64,000 nt of DNA from Thermodesulfobacteriota bacterium (GTDB taxonomy: Bacteria > Desulfobacterota > Binatia > Bin18): NCBI GenBank assembly GCA_964291405.2, contig OZ219926.1, positions 416,001 to 480,000 on the forward strand, given 5' to 3'. Made by a program: the position numbers and the translations under genes. How positions within the stretch are numbered: the first letter of the stretch is position 1; each line of letters starts with the position of its first letter. The notes under the pieces are model-generated. The model was not told the origin of the DNA. It saw only the letters and a program-made list of their open reading frames with translations, and ran no database searches. Positions 10,387 to 21,814 of the stretch are shown one piece after another.

Positions 10387-11130
10387 GTGACGGCTTACAC
10401 ATCAGTCTGCTGGTACGCCAGCCTGCTCATATTATTTACCTTTGTCCCGCCTATCCACGCTTACCGGGAAATCACAGTTAAGGACGGCGGTAGCATCAGA
10501 GGACAGGTCGTATTCGACGGTAAAGTACCACCGCCGGTCACCCTCCCCGTCCACAAGAACAGAGCGGTCTGCGGAGAAAGCATGCCGGATGAGGGTCTTC
10601 TGGTTGATGCTTATGGGGGCCTCAAAAATGTCGTCGTCGTCCTGGATGGTATTCGCGCTGGGAAAGGCAACCCCGTTCTTCCCGCCCTACTAGACAATAA
10701 AAACTGCGCCTTTGTTCCCCGCGTCCAAACCATAGCCGTCGGGCAAACGCTCGCGCTGCGGAACAGCGACTTCATCCTGCATAATGTCCATGCCCGCCGA
10801 AATGGCTACGAGACCATATTCAATCTGGGCCTGCCGTACTGGTCCGAGAAGACCTATCGCTTTACGCGACCGGGTCATGTGCTGGTCGATTGTGATGTGC
10901 TGCATACCTGGATGCAGGCGCATATCATTATTACCGACCATCCCTATACCGCGGTAACGGACGCTGCCGGTCGGTTCGACATCAGCCACATCCCTGCAGG
11001 CGAGTACGGCCTGCGCCTATGGCATGAGCGGCTTGGAGAACAAACTCAGCCGGTGTCCGTCCGAATAGCCCAGGAGACTCGCGTCCGGCTGACCTATACA
11101 GGCAAGGGGCAAAAAGATAAGGGACACTGA
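10387..11130 (+). CDS. Secreted cupredoxin-like / carboxypeptidase-regulatory-like domain protein
   Basis: Signal peptide, CAFVPRV, N.D..LHNVH, CDVLHTWM and WHERLG. Confidence 0.7.
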   Translation: MTAYTSVCWYASLLILFTFVPPIHAYREITVKDGGSIRGQVVFDGKVPPPVTLPVHKNRAVCGESMPDEGLLVDAYGGLKNVVVVLDGIRAGKGNPVLPALLDNKNCAFVPRVQTIAVGQTLALRNSDFILHNVHARRNGYETIFNLGLPYWSEKTYRFTRPGHVLVDCDVLHTWMQAHIIITDHPYTAVTDAAGRFDISHIPAGEYGLRLWHERLGEQTQPVSVRIAQETRVRLTYTGKGQKDKGH

Positions 11131-11150
11131 GCTTGTAGGGGAGAACATCC

Positions 11151-11846
11151 ATGTCAGACAATCCGGTACACTATGAACTGAACGATGCGATTGCCATTCT
11201 GCGTCTTGACGACGGAAAGGCCAATGCGGTCAACCATGCGCTGATCCAAGGCGTGAATGACGCTTTGGACAAAGCCGCGCAGGAAGCCAAGGCGGTCGTC
11301 TTAACGGGCCGGCCCGGTCGTTTTTCCGCTGGATTCGATCTCACCGTCCTCCAGTCCGGTCCGGAGGCCGGTGCCATGCTCGTGACTGCCGGCGCACGGA
11401 TGCTGCTCAAGCTGTTCACTCATCCGCAACCGGTCGTTGCCGCTAGCACGGGTCACGCTATTGCCGCCGGCGGCTTTATGCTGCTCGCCAGCGATACCCG
11501 TTTAGGCGTCCAGGGCGATTTCAAAATCGGGCTTAATGAGGTTGCCATTGGGATGACGCTACCGGAGTTTGGCCTGATGTTCGCGCGCGAACGATTGTCC
11601 AAGCGTCATTTTACCAACGCGGTGATCCAGGCCCGCTTGTACAGCCCGACCGAGGCCGTCGATGTCGGTTTCTTGGATCGAGTATGCGAGGCTGACACTC
11701 TGTTAGACGAAGCGCTCGGCGAAGCCCGTCGCCTGGCGGCGCTCGACCTGCCGTCCTACGGTCGTACCAAGGGGCGCGCCCGGAACGCACTGGCCGAGCA
11801 GATACGCAGCGGTTTGGACGAAGATATCGCCCGCTTAATGGCCTAG
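11151..11846 (+). CDS. Crotonase / enoyl-CoA hydratase-isomerase family
   Basis: DDGKANA, FSAGFDL, GHAIAAG and GLNEVAIG. Confidence 0.92.
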   Translation: MSDNPVHYELNDAIAILRLDDGKANAVNHALIQGVNDALDKAAQEAKAVVLTGRPGRFSAGFDLTVLQSGPEAGAMLVTAGARMLLKLFTHPQPVVAASTGHAIAAGGFMLLASDTRLGVQGDFKIGLNEVAIGMTLPEFGLMFARERLSKRHFTNAVIQARLYSPTEAVDVGFLDRVCEADTLLDEALGEARRLAALDLPSYGRTKGRARNALAEQIRSGLDEDIARLMA

Positions 11847-11870
11847 GAGCGGTTTGCGAACCGCCCCTAC
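11843..11870. repeat. GTAG-type REP-like palindrome providing the stop codons of both convergent genes
   Basis: ctaggagcggtt-tgcg-aaccgcccctac. TAG at 11844-11846 and CTA at 11867-11869. Confidence 0.65.
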
Positions 11871-13381
11871 TTCGACAGCTGGTTTGTCGTGTGGCCGTTC
11901 AGCCCTGTTTCGACTGTCTCCTCCGACAGAATCGTGGCCGCGGTTTCTTCGACCACCGTTCCCTTGAAAAAGTCCGGGTTGGCCTCACCCCAGAAACGGA
12001 TCGGATTGGTACACATAAAGTCACGAAAGCCAGCATCGCTGACCAAGCCTTTTTCAACGAGCTCATACGCTTCGGGCACCACGTGGCTCATATTCGCCAC
12101 GTCGAAGTGGCCAATATCAGAACCGAAGAGCGCGTTGAGCTGCGCCCCAAACGGATTGCACTGCCGATTGAAGGCCCAAGCATTCATCTTGTCGTCCGAC
12201 TCGCAGCCAAAATAGAAATTCTTGACAAACAAGTCGTGAATGTCCGACGCCTGGGTGATCTCGCAGGCTGAAAAGTCGTCCAGATTATCAATACCGCCGA
12301 CGGCGGTCGCACCCTGTGTACTCAGTACGGTGTCCATGGCTGCGTCGCTCTGCGTGAACGCCTCAGCCATGTCCGTGCTGCCGTATTGCCGCACCAATTC
12401 GTCCAGAAGTTGCTGGTCAAGGTTAGCCGGATCAACCTCTGCCAACGCTTCGATATTTCGCTTCTCCCAGTGTTCGATCAGATCAGCGTATAACTGACAT
12501 GCCCAACCGACCCCACCCTCCAGAAAGGCGAACTTGAGCGTGGGGAAACGCCGGGTAACGCCGCCGAGAAAGAGGGCTTTGCACACGGCTTCGTTTGCCG
12601 CGGCAAAATGGCCAATATGGTTGTACACAAAATTAGAGGGGGAAATCCGTAGCGCATACCCGCGCGAGCCGGTATGAAACGTTGGCGACAGGCCCCGTTC
12701 AATGCACATCTCCCAGACCGGGTCGTAGTCGTATTCGCTGTCCAAGCCCAGCACGTCGCGCCACGTCATCAGTTCTTCCGTACCCGGATAGTGTTCGACT
12801 GCGGCGGGAATGGGCCGTTTGATCATGCTACCCAGCATGATCACTTTCATGCCGAGCTGCGATGTCACATAGTCGATTTCTTCCAGGGCCTCCTCGGGCG
12901 TATTCATCGGAATCACCGCCGTTGGAGTCATGCGATCGGCATAAGCCCGAAAATAGTCCGCGCTGAAAATATTGAACGCCCGGCAGGCGGCTTTCCGCAG
13001 TTCGGTATCGCTGCCACGGGTCAACCCCAGACCCGCAGTAGGATAGAGGATGGTGAAGTCTATGCCGAACTCGTCCAAGCGTTCATACAGTAATTGGGGC
13101 ATCATGGCCGTTGCCCGGTCGTGCGTGTTCTTGGTTGGAATCCCCCAAAAGGCCTGCTGGGCGGTCCGCTGGTGGCGCCTTTCGGCCACTGACAGGCTTA
13201 AATGTTCTTGGACGAGAGTGGTGAACACCGAGAAACCTTCGACTGCCTTGGTGCCGCCGATTTTTCTCAGTTGTTCGCGCACCAGCGGCCCGAACTCCAG
13301 CCAGTGTCCGTCCGCGTCTATAATCGGGTGCTGCAACCGGGCGCGTATACCCGCTCCGTTCGTCTGACCATTACTACTCAT
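11867..13381 (-). CDS. Amidohydrolase family protein (Amidohydro_2)
   Basis: IIDADGH, FAFLEGGVGW, YFGCE.DD and GSDIGHFD. Confidence 0.88.
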   Translation of the reverse strand: MSSNGQTNGAGIRARLQHPIIDADGHWLEFGPLVREQLRKIGGTKAVEGFSVFTTLVQEHLSLSVAERRHQRTAQQAFWGIPTKNTHDRATAMMPQLLYERLDEFGIDFTILYPTAGLGLTRGSDTELRKAACRAFNIFSADYFRAYADRMTPTAVIPMNTPEEALEEIDYVTSQLGMKVIMLGSMIKRPIPAAVEHYPGTEELMTWRDVLGLDSEYDYDPVWEMCIERGLSPTFHTGSRGYALRISPSNFVYNHIGHFAAANEAVCKALFLGGVTRRFPTLKFAFLEGGVGWACQLYADLIEHWEKRNIEALAEVDPANLDQQLLDELVRQYGSTDMAEAFTQSDAAMDTVLSTQGATAVGGIDNLDDFSACEITQASDIHDLFVKNFYFGCESDDKMNAWAFNRQCNPFGAQLNALFGSDIGHFDVANMSHVVPEAYELVEKGLVSDAGFRDFMCTNPIRFWGEANPDFFKGTVVEETAATILSEETVETGLNGHTTNQLSK

Positions 13382-13524
13382 AAAAACCTCCCCGAGAGGG
13401 ATACCGCCCCTCCGACGCTTGACTCTTTTCCAGAAAAAGTAGGCCGAGTATAGGAAGTCAGACGGAGATTTACAATGCTTCGCCCGGCAGGGCTTCGTTC
13501 AGCGCTGAGGCAGTTTTCCTCTCA

Positions 13525-13559
13525 CCCCAACCCCTAATCCCCAGCCCCCAGTCCCTATC
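13525..13559 (+). repeat. Heptamer tandem repeat (CCCCA(A/G)(C/T), 5 units)
   Basis: ccccaac ccctaat ccccagc ccccagt ccctatc, abutting the cyclase stop codon. Confidence 0.7.
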
Positions 13560-16500
13560 TATGCATGAACCGGCGTAAGCTCATCCAGCAATGACTTCGC
13601 CGCTCGCAGGTCGGGCGTATCGAGTCCCTCGGTAAACCATGAATAGATGTCCGACAGGAGTCGGTAAGCGTCGTCCGGCTTTCCGTGCGATTGCCAGAAC
13701 GTCGCCAGGCGGGTTGCACTGCGGAGTTCCAGGGATTTTGCCTGCTGGCCGTGAGCGATCCGGATAGCACCCTCAAAACAGGCGGTGATTTCCTGGCTGT
13801 TGTGATCCGGACCGTCTTTGGATGCGAGTAATAATTCCCCCCGAGTGCGCAGCAGCTCGGCCTGCCACCATTTTTCGTTACTCTTGGCCATCTCGGCTTC
13901 TGCCTGGGCCAACACGGTGAGGCCATCCTCGACGCGACCGAGTTTGCCATAGGCCTCTGCCAAAAGCAAAGACACCTGACCGAGCTGCCGAATACCGAAC
14001 TCCTGCCAGATACGCTGGCCCTCCAGCATGTCGGCAATACCCTCCTCCACCTGGCCCTGTTCTGCTAAGGCCCAACCGCGCAAATAGGTCCCGGCGGCGT
14101 GAAAATAGGGGAAGCCCTGCTCACTCGCCAACGCGACCGCGCCCTCTGCCTGGGTTTGGGCCAGCGCTCCTTCTCGTCGAAAGCGATGGACCGCCGTTCC
14201 AAAATGCAGGGCAGAGACCAAACTGTAGGGATGCGAAATCTCGCGCGCGAGCGCAATGGCTTCCTGGCTGCGATGGAGGGCTTGGTCGGGATAGCCGAGA
14301 TGCCACAGCATCCAGGCCAGAAAGGCCAGACTGGACACACCGGGGTCCTGGCCTATCACGCCCTGGGCGTTCTCCGGGCCGTGGACACTTGGATCGTAGA
14401 TGTCCACGGCCCGTTCCAGATGGGCTCTGGCGTCAGCAAACGCCCCGAGCCGAAAGGCAGTCAATCCAAGCGCCTGCTGAGCCGGTAGAAATTGCTGGGA
14501 GCCGGGCATGCATTCGGACAGACGTTGGAGCTTTTCAGTCATTTCTCCTGCTGCAGCATACTCTCCACGCACCAGATGAAAACGCCATAAACCAAAAAGC
14601 ACAGGAAACTTCTGCGGTAGGTCTCCGGTCGCACGCGCCAATTCGCGGGCGCGCGTATACACACGTTCCACTTCGGGCGCGGCAAAGCCCTGGGTTGCCA
14701 TCAGGCAGGAACCGAGCGAGATGAGCAGGGTCAGCTCTTGCTGCGGACGGTCCGGGGTGTGAGGCAGTGTTGGCAGCAAGTCCAGCGCGTAATTGAGGTC
14801 GCGAATTGCCTCAGTATAGGCCGAATTCTTCAGCGCCAGCTCTCCGGCACGCTGAGAATACTCAGCGGCTTTCTCCGTATTCCCGCTCCGGGCGGAATGA
14901 TAGGCGAGTTCTCTGAGGCGACGATCATTCAGTTGCTCGTGGAACAGGGAGGCAATGGCTTGGGCCGTCCGGGCGTGCACTTCCTGACGGCGCTCGGACA
15001 AGAGCGAATTATAGGCCACATCCTGGGTAAGCGCATGCTTAAAGGTATATTCGACTTCGGGAAAGGCGGGCTGCTCATAGATGAACTCGGCTGTCTGTAA
15101 ACGGGATAACAGAGGCACGAGCGTTTCCTCATCCTGTTGAGCAACCTGGGTCAGGAGGCTGAGCGAGAACTCCCGGCCAATCACGGCGGCGGTCTGGAGC
15201 AGTTCCTTTTCCGCAGCGCCTAATTGGTCAATCCGACCGGCCAGAACACCCCGGACCGTCGCTGGGATATGGATCTCATCGAGTGGCTTGGTAAGGGAGA
15301 TGCCTCCCATGCTGTGGACCAGGACGCCCTGACCAAACAGCGCCCGGACCATCTCCTCCATAAAAAACGGCGTGCCCTCTGTTTTCTCCAAGATGAGCTG
15401 TTTGAGGGGTTCAAGCGAAGCGGCCGTAACCGGCCAGTTTGCCTCGTCGAGGAGTGCGGCCAGGAGTTCTTTGGCATCTTCCAGACCTAGCGCATCGAGT
15501 CGAAGCTGGCTGTAATAGGTCTTGCTTCCCCACTCGTGCCGATACTCCGGGCGGTAGTTGACCAGCAACAGCATGGGCGCGGTGGCCAGGCTCTCACTCA
15601 GAGTATCGAGAAAGGCCTGCGTGCCCTCGTCCAGCCATTGCAAGTCCTCAAAGATCAACACCACAGGCTGGGTGAGGCTCTCCCGCACGAGGAGTTGTTT
15701 AATGGTGTCAAAGGTGCGTTGTTGACGGATGTGGGGGTCCATCTGCTGAAGCGCCGCGGCGAATTCCGCATGACCCAAGAGGCTTAGCAGATAGGGCAGT
15801 CCGTCTTCGAGTTCACGATCAAGCGCAACCACCCGTCCGGCGACTTTTTCATGCAACGCCCGTTCGTCGTCCTGGGGGCGAACATGGAAGTAATTCCTCA
15901 GTAACTCGATCAAGGGCAGATATGCATAGCTGCTGCCATGGGCGGCACAAAATGTTTCAAGGACCAGACAGTGTTGCTCAGATAGCAGCTTGAATTCGTG
16001 AAACAGTCGGGATTTGCCAACTCCTGGCTCGCCCACCACCCCGACCATCTGTCCCTGGCCGGTGACGGCTTGTTCGCGGACCTGTTTGAGATGTTCGATT
16101 TCTTTCTTGCGACCAACGAAACGAGACAAACCGCGCGCGGCTGACACTTGGAGCCGGGTGCGCAGAGCGCCAACCCCGAGGAGTTCGTAAATCCGTACGG
16201 GCTCGCTGACGCCTTTGATCTTCGCTGCGCCCAAATCCTTGAACTCGAAATATCCCTCGGTAAGCTGGCGGGTATCCGCACTCACGACCGTTGTACCCGG
16301 CGTGGCCAGTCCTTCCATACGGGCCGCCAAGCTGGTCGAATGACCAACCGGAACATAGTCCGTGTGCAGATCGTTTTTCCGAATGGAGCGCACGACGACC
16401 TCGCCAGTATTGACGCCCACCCGCATTTGCAGATTGATCCCTTTGTCGTGCCGGAGCCGTTCGGCATAGGCCCTGCCCTCTTCTTGCATGCGGAGCGCGG

Positions 16501-16996
16501 CAAACAGGGCGCGCTGGGCGTGGTCTTCATGGGCGAGCGGCGCCCCAAAAAGAGCAAAAATACCATCGCCCATAGACTGGGCTACATAGCCTTCATAGCG
16601 ATGCACGGCGGCCATCATGAGTTGCAGGGCCGGATCAATAATGGAGCGCGCGTCTTCCGGGTCAAGATCCTCAATGAGTTCCATCGAGCCCTTGATATCG
16701 GCGAACAGCGCGGTAATGGTTTTGCGCTCGCCGTCAACCGCCCCACGCGCTTCGAGCGCAGCCTGCTCGGCGCGGATACGCTCGGCCAGATGGGGCGGGG
16801 TGTAGGTGTGGGGGCCGGGAGCTGGGGGTTGGGGATTGGGTGACTTGGTGAGCGCCGTCCCGCATTCCATGCAGAATTTGGCTCTGGCAACGTTCTCACA
16901 ACCGCAGTTCGGACAGCGGTTCTGGAGCGCGGCTCCACATTCGATACAAAATTTTGCGCCGTCCGGATTGTCGGTGTCACACTGGAGACATCGCAT
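13559..16996 (-). CDS. Double zinc ribbon - class III adenylate/guanylate cyclase - AAA (STAND) ATPase - TPR protein
   Basis: Four CxxC pairs, LFADIKGS, MGDGIFALFGAP, Walker A GEPGVGKS, FEDLQW and C-terminal TPR-like helices ending FTEGLDTPDL. Confidence 0.92.
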   Translation of the reverse strand: MRCLQCDTDNPDGAKFCIECGAALQNRCPNCGCENVARAKFCMECGTALTKSPNPQPPAPGPHTYTPPHLAERIRAEQAALEARGAVDGERKTITALFADIKGSMELIEDLDPEDARSIIDPALQLMMAAVHRYEGYVAQSMGDGIFALFGAPLAHEDHAQRALFAALRMQEEGRAYAERLRHDKGINLQMRVGVNTGEVVVRSIRKNDLHTDYVPVGHSTSLAARMEGLATPGTTVVSADTRQLTEGYFEFKDLGAAKIKGVSEPVRIYELLGVGALRTRLQVSAARGLSRFVGRKKEIEHLKQVREQAVTGQGQMVGVVGEPGVGKSRLFHEFKLLSEQHCLVLETFCAAHGSSYAYLPLIELLRNYFHVRPQDDERALHEKVAGRVVALDRELEDGLPYLLSLLGHAEFAAALQQMDPHIRQQRTFDTIKQLLVRESLTQPVVLIFEDLQWLDEGTQAFLDTLSESLATAPMLLLVNYRPEYRHEWGSKTYYSQLRLDALGLEDAKELLAALLDEANWPVTAASLEPLKQLILEKTEGTPFFMEEMVRALFGQGVLVHSMGGISLTKPLDEIHIPATVRGVLAGRIDQLGAAEKELLQTAAVIGREFSLSLLTQVAQQDEETLVPLLSRLQTAEFIYEQPAFPEVEYTFKHALTQDVAYNSLLSERRQEVHARTAQAIASLFHEQLNDRRLRELAYHSARSGNTEKAAEYSQRAGELALKNSAYTEAIRDLNYALDLLPTLPHTPDRPQQELTLLISLGSCLMATQGFAAPEVERVYTRARELARATGDLPQKFPVLFGLWRFHLVRGEYAAAGEMTEKLQRLSECMPGSQQFLPAQQALGLTAFRLGAFADARAHLERAVDIYDPSVHGPENAQGVIGQDPGVSSLAFLAWMLWHLGYPDQALHRSQEAIALAREISHPYSLVSALHFGTAVHRFRREGALAQTQAEGAVALASEQGFPYFHAAGTYLRGWALAEQGQVEEGIADMLEGQRIWQEFGIRQLGQVSLLLAEAYGKLGRVEDGLTVLAQAEAEMAKSNEKWWQAELLRTRGELLLASKDGPDHNSQEITACFEGAIRIAHGQQAKSLELRSATRLATFWQSHGKPDDAYRLLSDIYSWFTEGLDTPDLRAAKSLLDELTPVHA
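16811..16842 (-). repeat. Heptamer repeat inserted in frame in the cyclase linker (SPNPQPPAPGP)
   Basis: Minus strand reads acccaat ccccaac ccccagc tcccggc. Confidence 0.6.
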
Positions 16997-17007
16997 GGGC
17001 TTTGACG

Positions 17008-18588
<1,581 letters not shown>

Positions 18589-18590
18589 GC

Positions 18591-20033
18591 CTACTCTCCC
18601 CTTGGGCTATCTGCCCATTGCACATAAGGAAAGTTGAGGGGTTGATTGTTGATCCCGCGGGCCGGCGGGGCAATCCAGCTTGCCATTGCGCCAGGTTCGG
18701 TAACCGGTTGCATGAGCGAGGCGACAAAGGCGTGATCGTCCTCGGTCGGCAACCACGAGGCAAGCTGGCGCTGCCACTCTTCGGCTGTCACCATTTCTCC
18801 CTGTGGCGATATGTGGGCATCGGAGAAAGCACCGATTTTGCGGTAGAAGCCCCGATGGGGCAGATAGAGCGGGTTCTCAATGCCCTGCCGTGCAATCACC
18901 TTGTTCCAACGGTCCAGACCCCGCTGCGAGTCGGTAATATAATCGTCGCGCAAGCGTTCGTTAATGGCGAGCAGGGCCGGGACGTCCTCACAGACGATGG
19001 TGCTGTCTGCTGGGCGCTGGACCGGCCAAGTCAGCTCCGAGAGCCGATGGTCGTCATTGATGCGGGTTTCGCGATAGCGACCTTTGAGGCCGGTCGTAAA
19101 ATAGTCGGCGGCGTTGGTCGAACGTTCTTGGCCGAACAGGTCGAGCGAGACGCTGTAATGAAAATTGATGAAGCGCTGCAAGGTCGGCAGGTCTATAGCC
19201 CCGGTCGCACGGATGCGCTCAGGGTCATCGGTCTTGAGTTCGTTCATGACCTCACACGTGCGTTGGATAATCCGCATCACCCCAGTCTCACCCACAAACA
19301 TATGGTGCGCCTCTTCCGTCAGCATAAACTGGCAGGTCCGGGCTAGCGGATCGAAGCTGGATTCGGCCAACGAGGCGAGCTGATATTTCCCGTCACGGTC
19401 GGTGAAAAAGGTAAACATGAAATAGGACAGCCAGTGCGGCGTCTCTTCGTTAAACGCCCCCAGGATACGCGGTTTGTCCGCATCACCGGAATGGCGTTCC
19501 AGCATCATCTCGGCTTCTTCCCGGCCATCACGACCAAAATAGGCGTGCAGGATATAGACCATGGCCCACAGATGACGCCCCTCTTCAACATTAATCTGAA
19601 ACAGGTTGCGCAGGTCGTACAGCGAGGGGCAGGTGTGGCCCAGATGGCGCTGCTGTTCGACGGAGGCCGGCTCGGTATCCCCCTGGGTCACGACCAAACG
19701 GCGCAGGAGGCTGCGATATTCGCCTGGAACTTCCTGCCAGACCGGTTCGCCAAGGTGGTCTCCAAAGGCGATACGGCGCTCCTCCTGCGGCTTGGCCAGG
19801 AAAATGCCCCACCGGTAGTCAGGCATTTTCACATAGTCAAAATGGGCCCAGCCGTCGGACTCGACACTGATAGCCGTGCGCAGGTAGACGTCATACGCCT
19901 GCGTCCCTTCTGGACCACAGCTATTCCACCAGCGTAAATAATTCGGTTGCCACGACTCTAAGGCACGTTGGAGTCGGCGGTTCTCGGCGAGAGCAACATT
20001 GTTCGGAATGCGCTCAGTATAATCAATCGCCAT
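18591..20033 (-). CDS. boxB: Benzoyl-CoA 2,3-epoxidase subunit BoxB
   Basis: IDY.ERIPNNV.L, QGDTEPASVEQQ, diiron ExxH motifs EEGRHLW and EEAHHM, TDRDGKYQL. Confidence 0.97.
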   Translation of the reverse strand: MAIDYTERIPNNVALAENRRLQRALESWQPNYLRWWNSCGPEGTQAYDVYLRTAISVESDGWAHFDYVKMPDYRWGIFLAKPQEERRIAFGDHLGEPVWQEVPGEYRSLLRRLVVTQGDTEPASVEQQRHLGHTCPSLYDLRNLFQINVEEGRHLWAMVYILHAYFGRDGREEAEMMLERHSGDADKPRILGAFNEETPHWLSYFMFTFFTDRDGKYQLASLAESSFDPLARTCQFMLTEEAHHMFVGETGVMRIIQRTCEVMNELKTDDPERIRATGAIDLPTLQRFINFHYSVSLDLFGQERSTNAADYFTTGLKGRYRETRINDDHRLSELTWPVQRPADSTIVCEDVPALLAINERLRDDYITDSQRGLDRWNKVIARQGIENPLYLPHRGFYRKIGAFSDAHISPQGEMVTAEEWQRQLASWLPTEDDHAFVASLMQPVTEPGAMASWIAPPARGINNQPLNFPYVQWADSPRGE

Positions 20034-20035
20034 GG

Positions 20036-21763
20036 CTATACCCTCTGTTTCCGAAAGCGACTTTGCTTCCCCGAGCCGTACAGCGTCAACGCCCCGTCCT
20101 CGCCAACGGCATTCGGTCGCTGAAAAATCCAGTTTTGCCAGGCGCTCAGACGCCCGAATATCTTGGTCTGGAGTGTTTCCTGACCGGCAAAGCGCAGGCT
20201 GGCCTCCATGCCGGTGAGGGCATCGGGCGAGAAACTGGCCCGTTCTTCCAGGGCTAGTCTGACCTCGTCTTCCCAGTCGATATCATCCGGAATAAAGGTG
20301 ACCAGCCCAAGTTCATCAGCCGTCTCCGCGTCGATATCCCGGCTCATATACGACTGCAACTCCGCAATATGATCCGGTTGCGCCGGGAAACGACTGCTTA
20401 GACGAGTGCTGCCGTTATGCATCGGCAGGGGACCAAAATTCATGGGCGTCAAACGGAGCGCGGCCGGAGGCAGTTCACTCTCCTCGAACCTGCCGACCAG
20501 CATATACGACCGGTCGGCAGCCAGCGCGAGTTCGAGTAAAGTACCAGTGAAACAACCGCCCGGCTCGATCAGGGCGATCAGACTCCGCGCGCTCACGTCC
20601 AGACGCTGGAAGGTACGTTTGAGATATAAGGTAATCTCGCGGATCAGCCAGTCATCGACATGCTCGGTCAGGAGACGGTCAGCGGCTTCGACCAGCGCGG
20701 CCTCGCCACTGGTGCGAAACACCCAGGTCCCGATATCTTCTTCATTCAGCCGCAGATGCAGAATAGCATCGTCCAACTCACGCGCCAGCGCCAGGGGCCA
20801 GAAGCGCGCACCGGCAGCATGAATGGCTTCCACTGTGCGCGGCAGGTCTCCGCTTGGTGCGTGGACCGTGAATGAGGCGGTCCGTAGCGCTCGGTCCAGC
20901 TCGATTGAGATATGCTCGTAGGTCATGGTCGTGTCCTCAATAGAGCGAGCCAGGGGAGTCAGGGCAATGCCGCCCGCATCCGCGGGGCGGTCCGATTGGG
21001 CGACAAAAGCCAACGCGCGAGCCTGAACCGTTTCCTCAAAACGCGAGCGCGGGGCGATTTCGTCAACCAGATTCCACTCACAGGCCCGTTTCCCACGCAG
21101 GCCCTCAGACGTTGTGCAGAAGAAATCGGCCCGATCACGCCGCACGTGCCGTTTGTCGACAAGCCGCGTCAGGCCGCCGGTTCCGGGCAAGACCGCAAGC
21201 AGCGGTAACTCGGGTAGGGACACCGCGCTTGAGCCATCGTCAATGAGAATAAGATGTGCACACGCCAGGGCCAGTTCATAGCCGCCGCCTGAGGCCGCCC
21301 CATTCACGGCGCAGACATAAGTTTGCCCGGAGTGAGCGCTAGCATCCTCGATGCTATTGCGCGTCTCGTTCGTAAACTTGCAGAAGTTGACCTTATGCGC
21401 GTGTGAAGACTGAGCCAACATGCGAATATTTGCTCCGGCACAAAAGACCTGCGGCTTGGCCGAACAGAGCACCACCGCGGCGACTTCGGGATGCTCGAAG
21501 CGAAGACGCTGAATCGCGTCGTAGAGTTCGATGTCCACGCCCAGGTCGTACGAATTGAGCTTGAGATCATAGCCCGGAACCAAGGGCGCATCTTCCTGCA
21601 CATCCATTGCGAGCCTGGCGACTCGACCGTCAATCGACAGTTTCCAGTGCCGGTAGTGTTCGGGCTGGGTCGTAAATTCGATTCTGCTTGAAGTTGATGA
21701 GGCTGACTCGGTTTGCACCTCAGGTCGCAGTGCCTGTTCATCAGCGCGTATGGCCGTACTCAT
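20036..21763 (-). CDS. boxC: 2,3-epoxybenzoyl-CoA dihydrolase BoxC
   Basis: YRHWKL, LKLNSYDLGVDIEL, HKVNFCKFTNETRN and FGRLSAWQNWIFQRPNAVG. Confidence 0.97.
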   Translation of the reverse strand: MSTAIRADEQALRPEVQTESASSTSSRIEFTTQPEHYRHWKLSIDGRVARLAMDVQEDAPLVPGYDLKLNSYDLGVDIELYDAIQRLRFEHPEVAAVVLCSAKPQVFCAGANIRMLAQSSHAHKVNFCKFTNETRNSIEDASAHSGQTYVCAVNGAASGGGYELALACAHLILIDDGSSAVSLPELPLLAVLPGTGGLTRLVDKRHVRRDRADFFCTTSEGLRGKRACEWNLVDEIAPRSRFEETVQARALAFVAQSDRPADAGGIALTPLARSIEDTTMTYEHISIELDRALRTASFTVHAPSGDLPRTVEAIHAAGARFWPLALARELDDAILHLRLNEEDIGTWVFRTSGEAALVEAADRLLTEHVDDWLIREITLYLKRTFQRLDVSARSLIALIEPGGCFTGTLLELALAADRSYMLVGRFEESELPPAALRLTPMNFGPLPMHNGSTRLSSRFPAQPDHIAELQSYMSRDIDAETADELGLVTFIPDDIDWEDEVRLALEERASFSPDALTGMEASLRFAGQETLQTKIFGRLSAWQNWIFQRPNAVGEDGALTLYGSGKQSRFRKQRV

Positions 21764-21814
21764 GGGACGTCTCGCCTTTGGTCTCCACCCGTCACTCTAA
21801 CGTCATTGAAGCAT

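Noticed and set aside
13525-13559. CRISPR-like or telomere-like array
   Set aside because: These are contiguous 7-mers without spacers, and no cas genes are present.
13559-16996. STAND adenylate cyclase as a novel immune system
   Set aside because: This architecture is a common, often expanded family, and no defence partners are adjacent.
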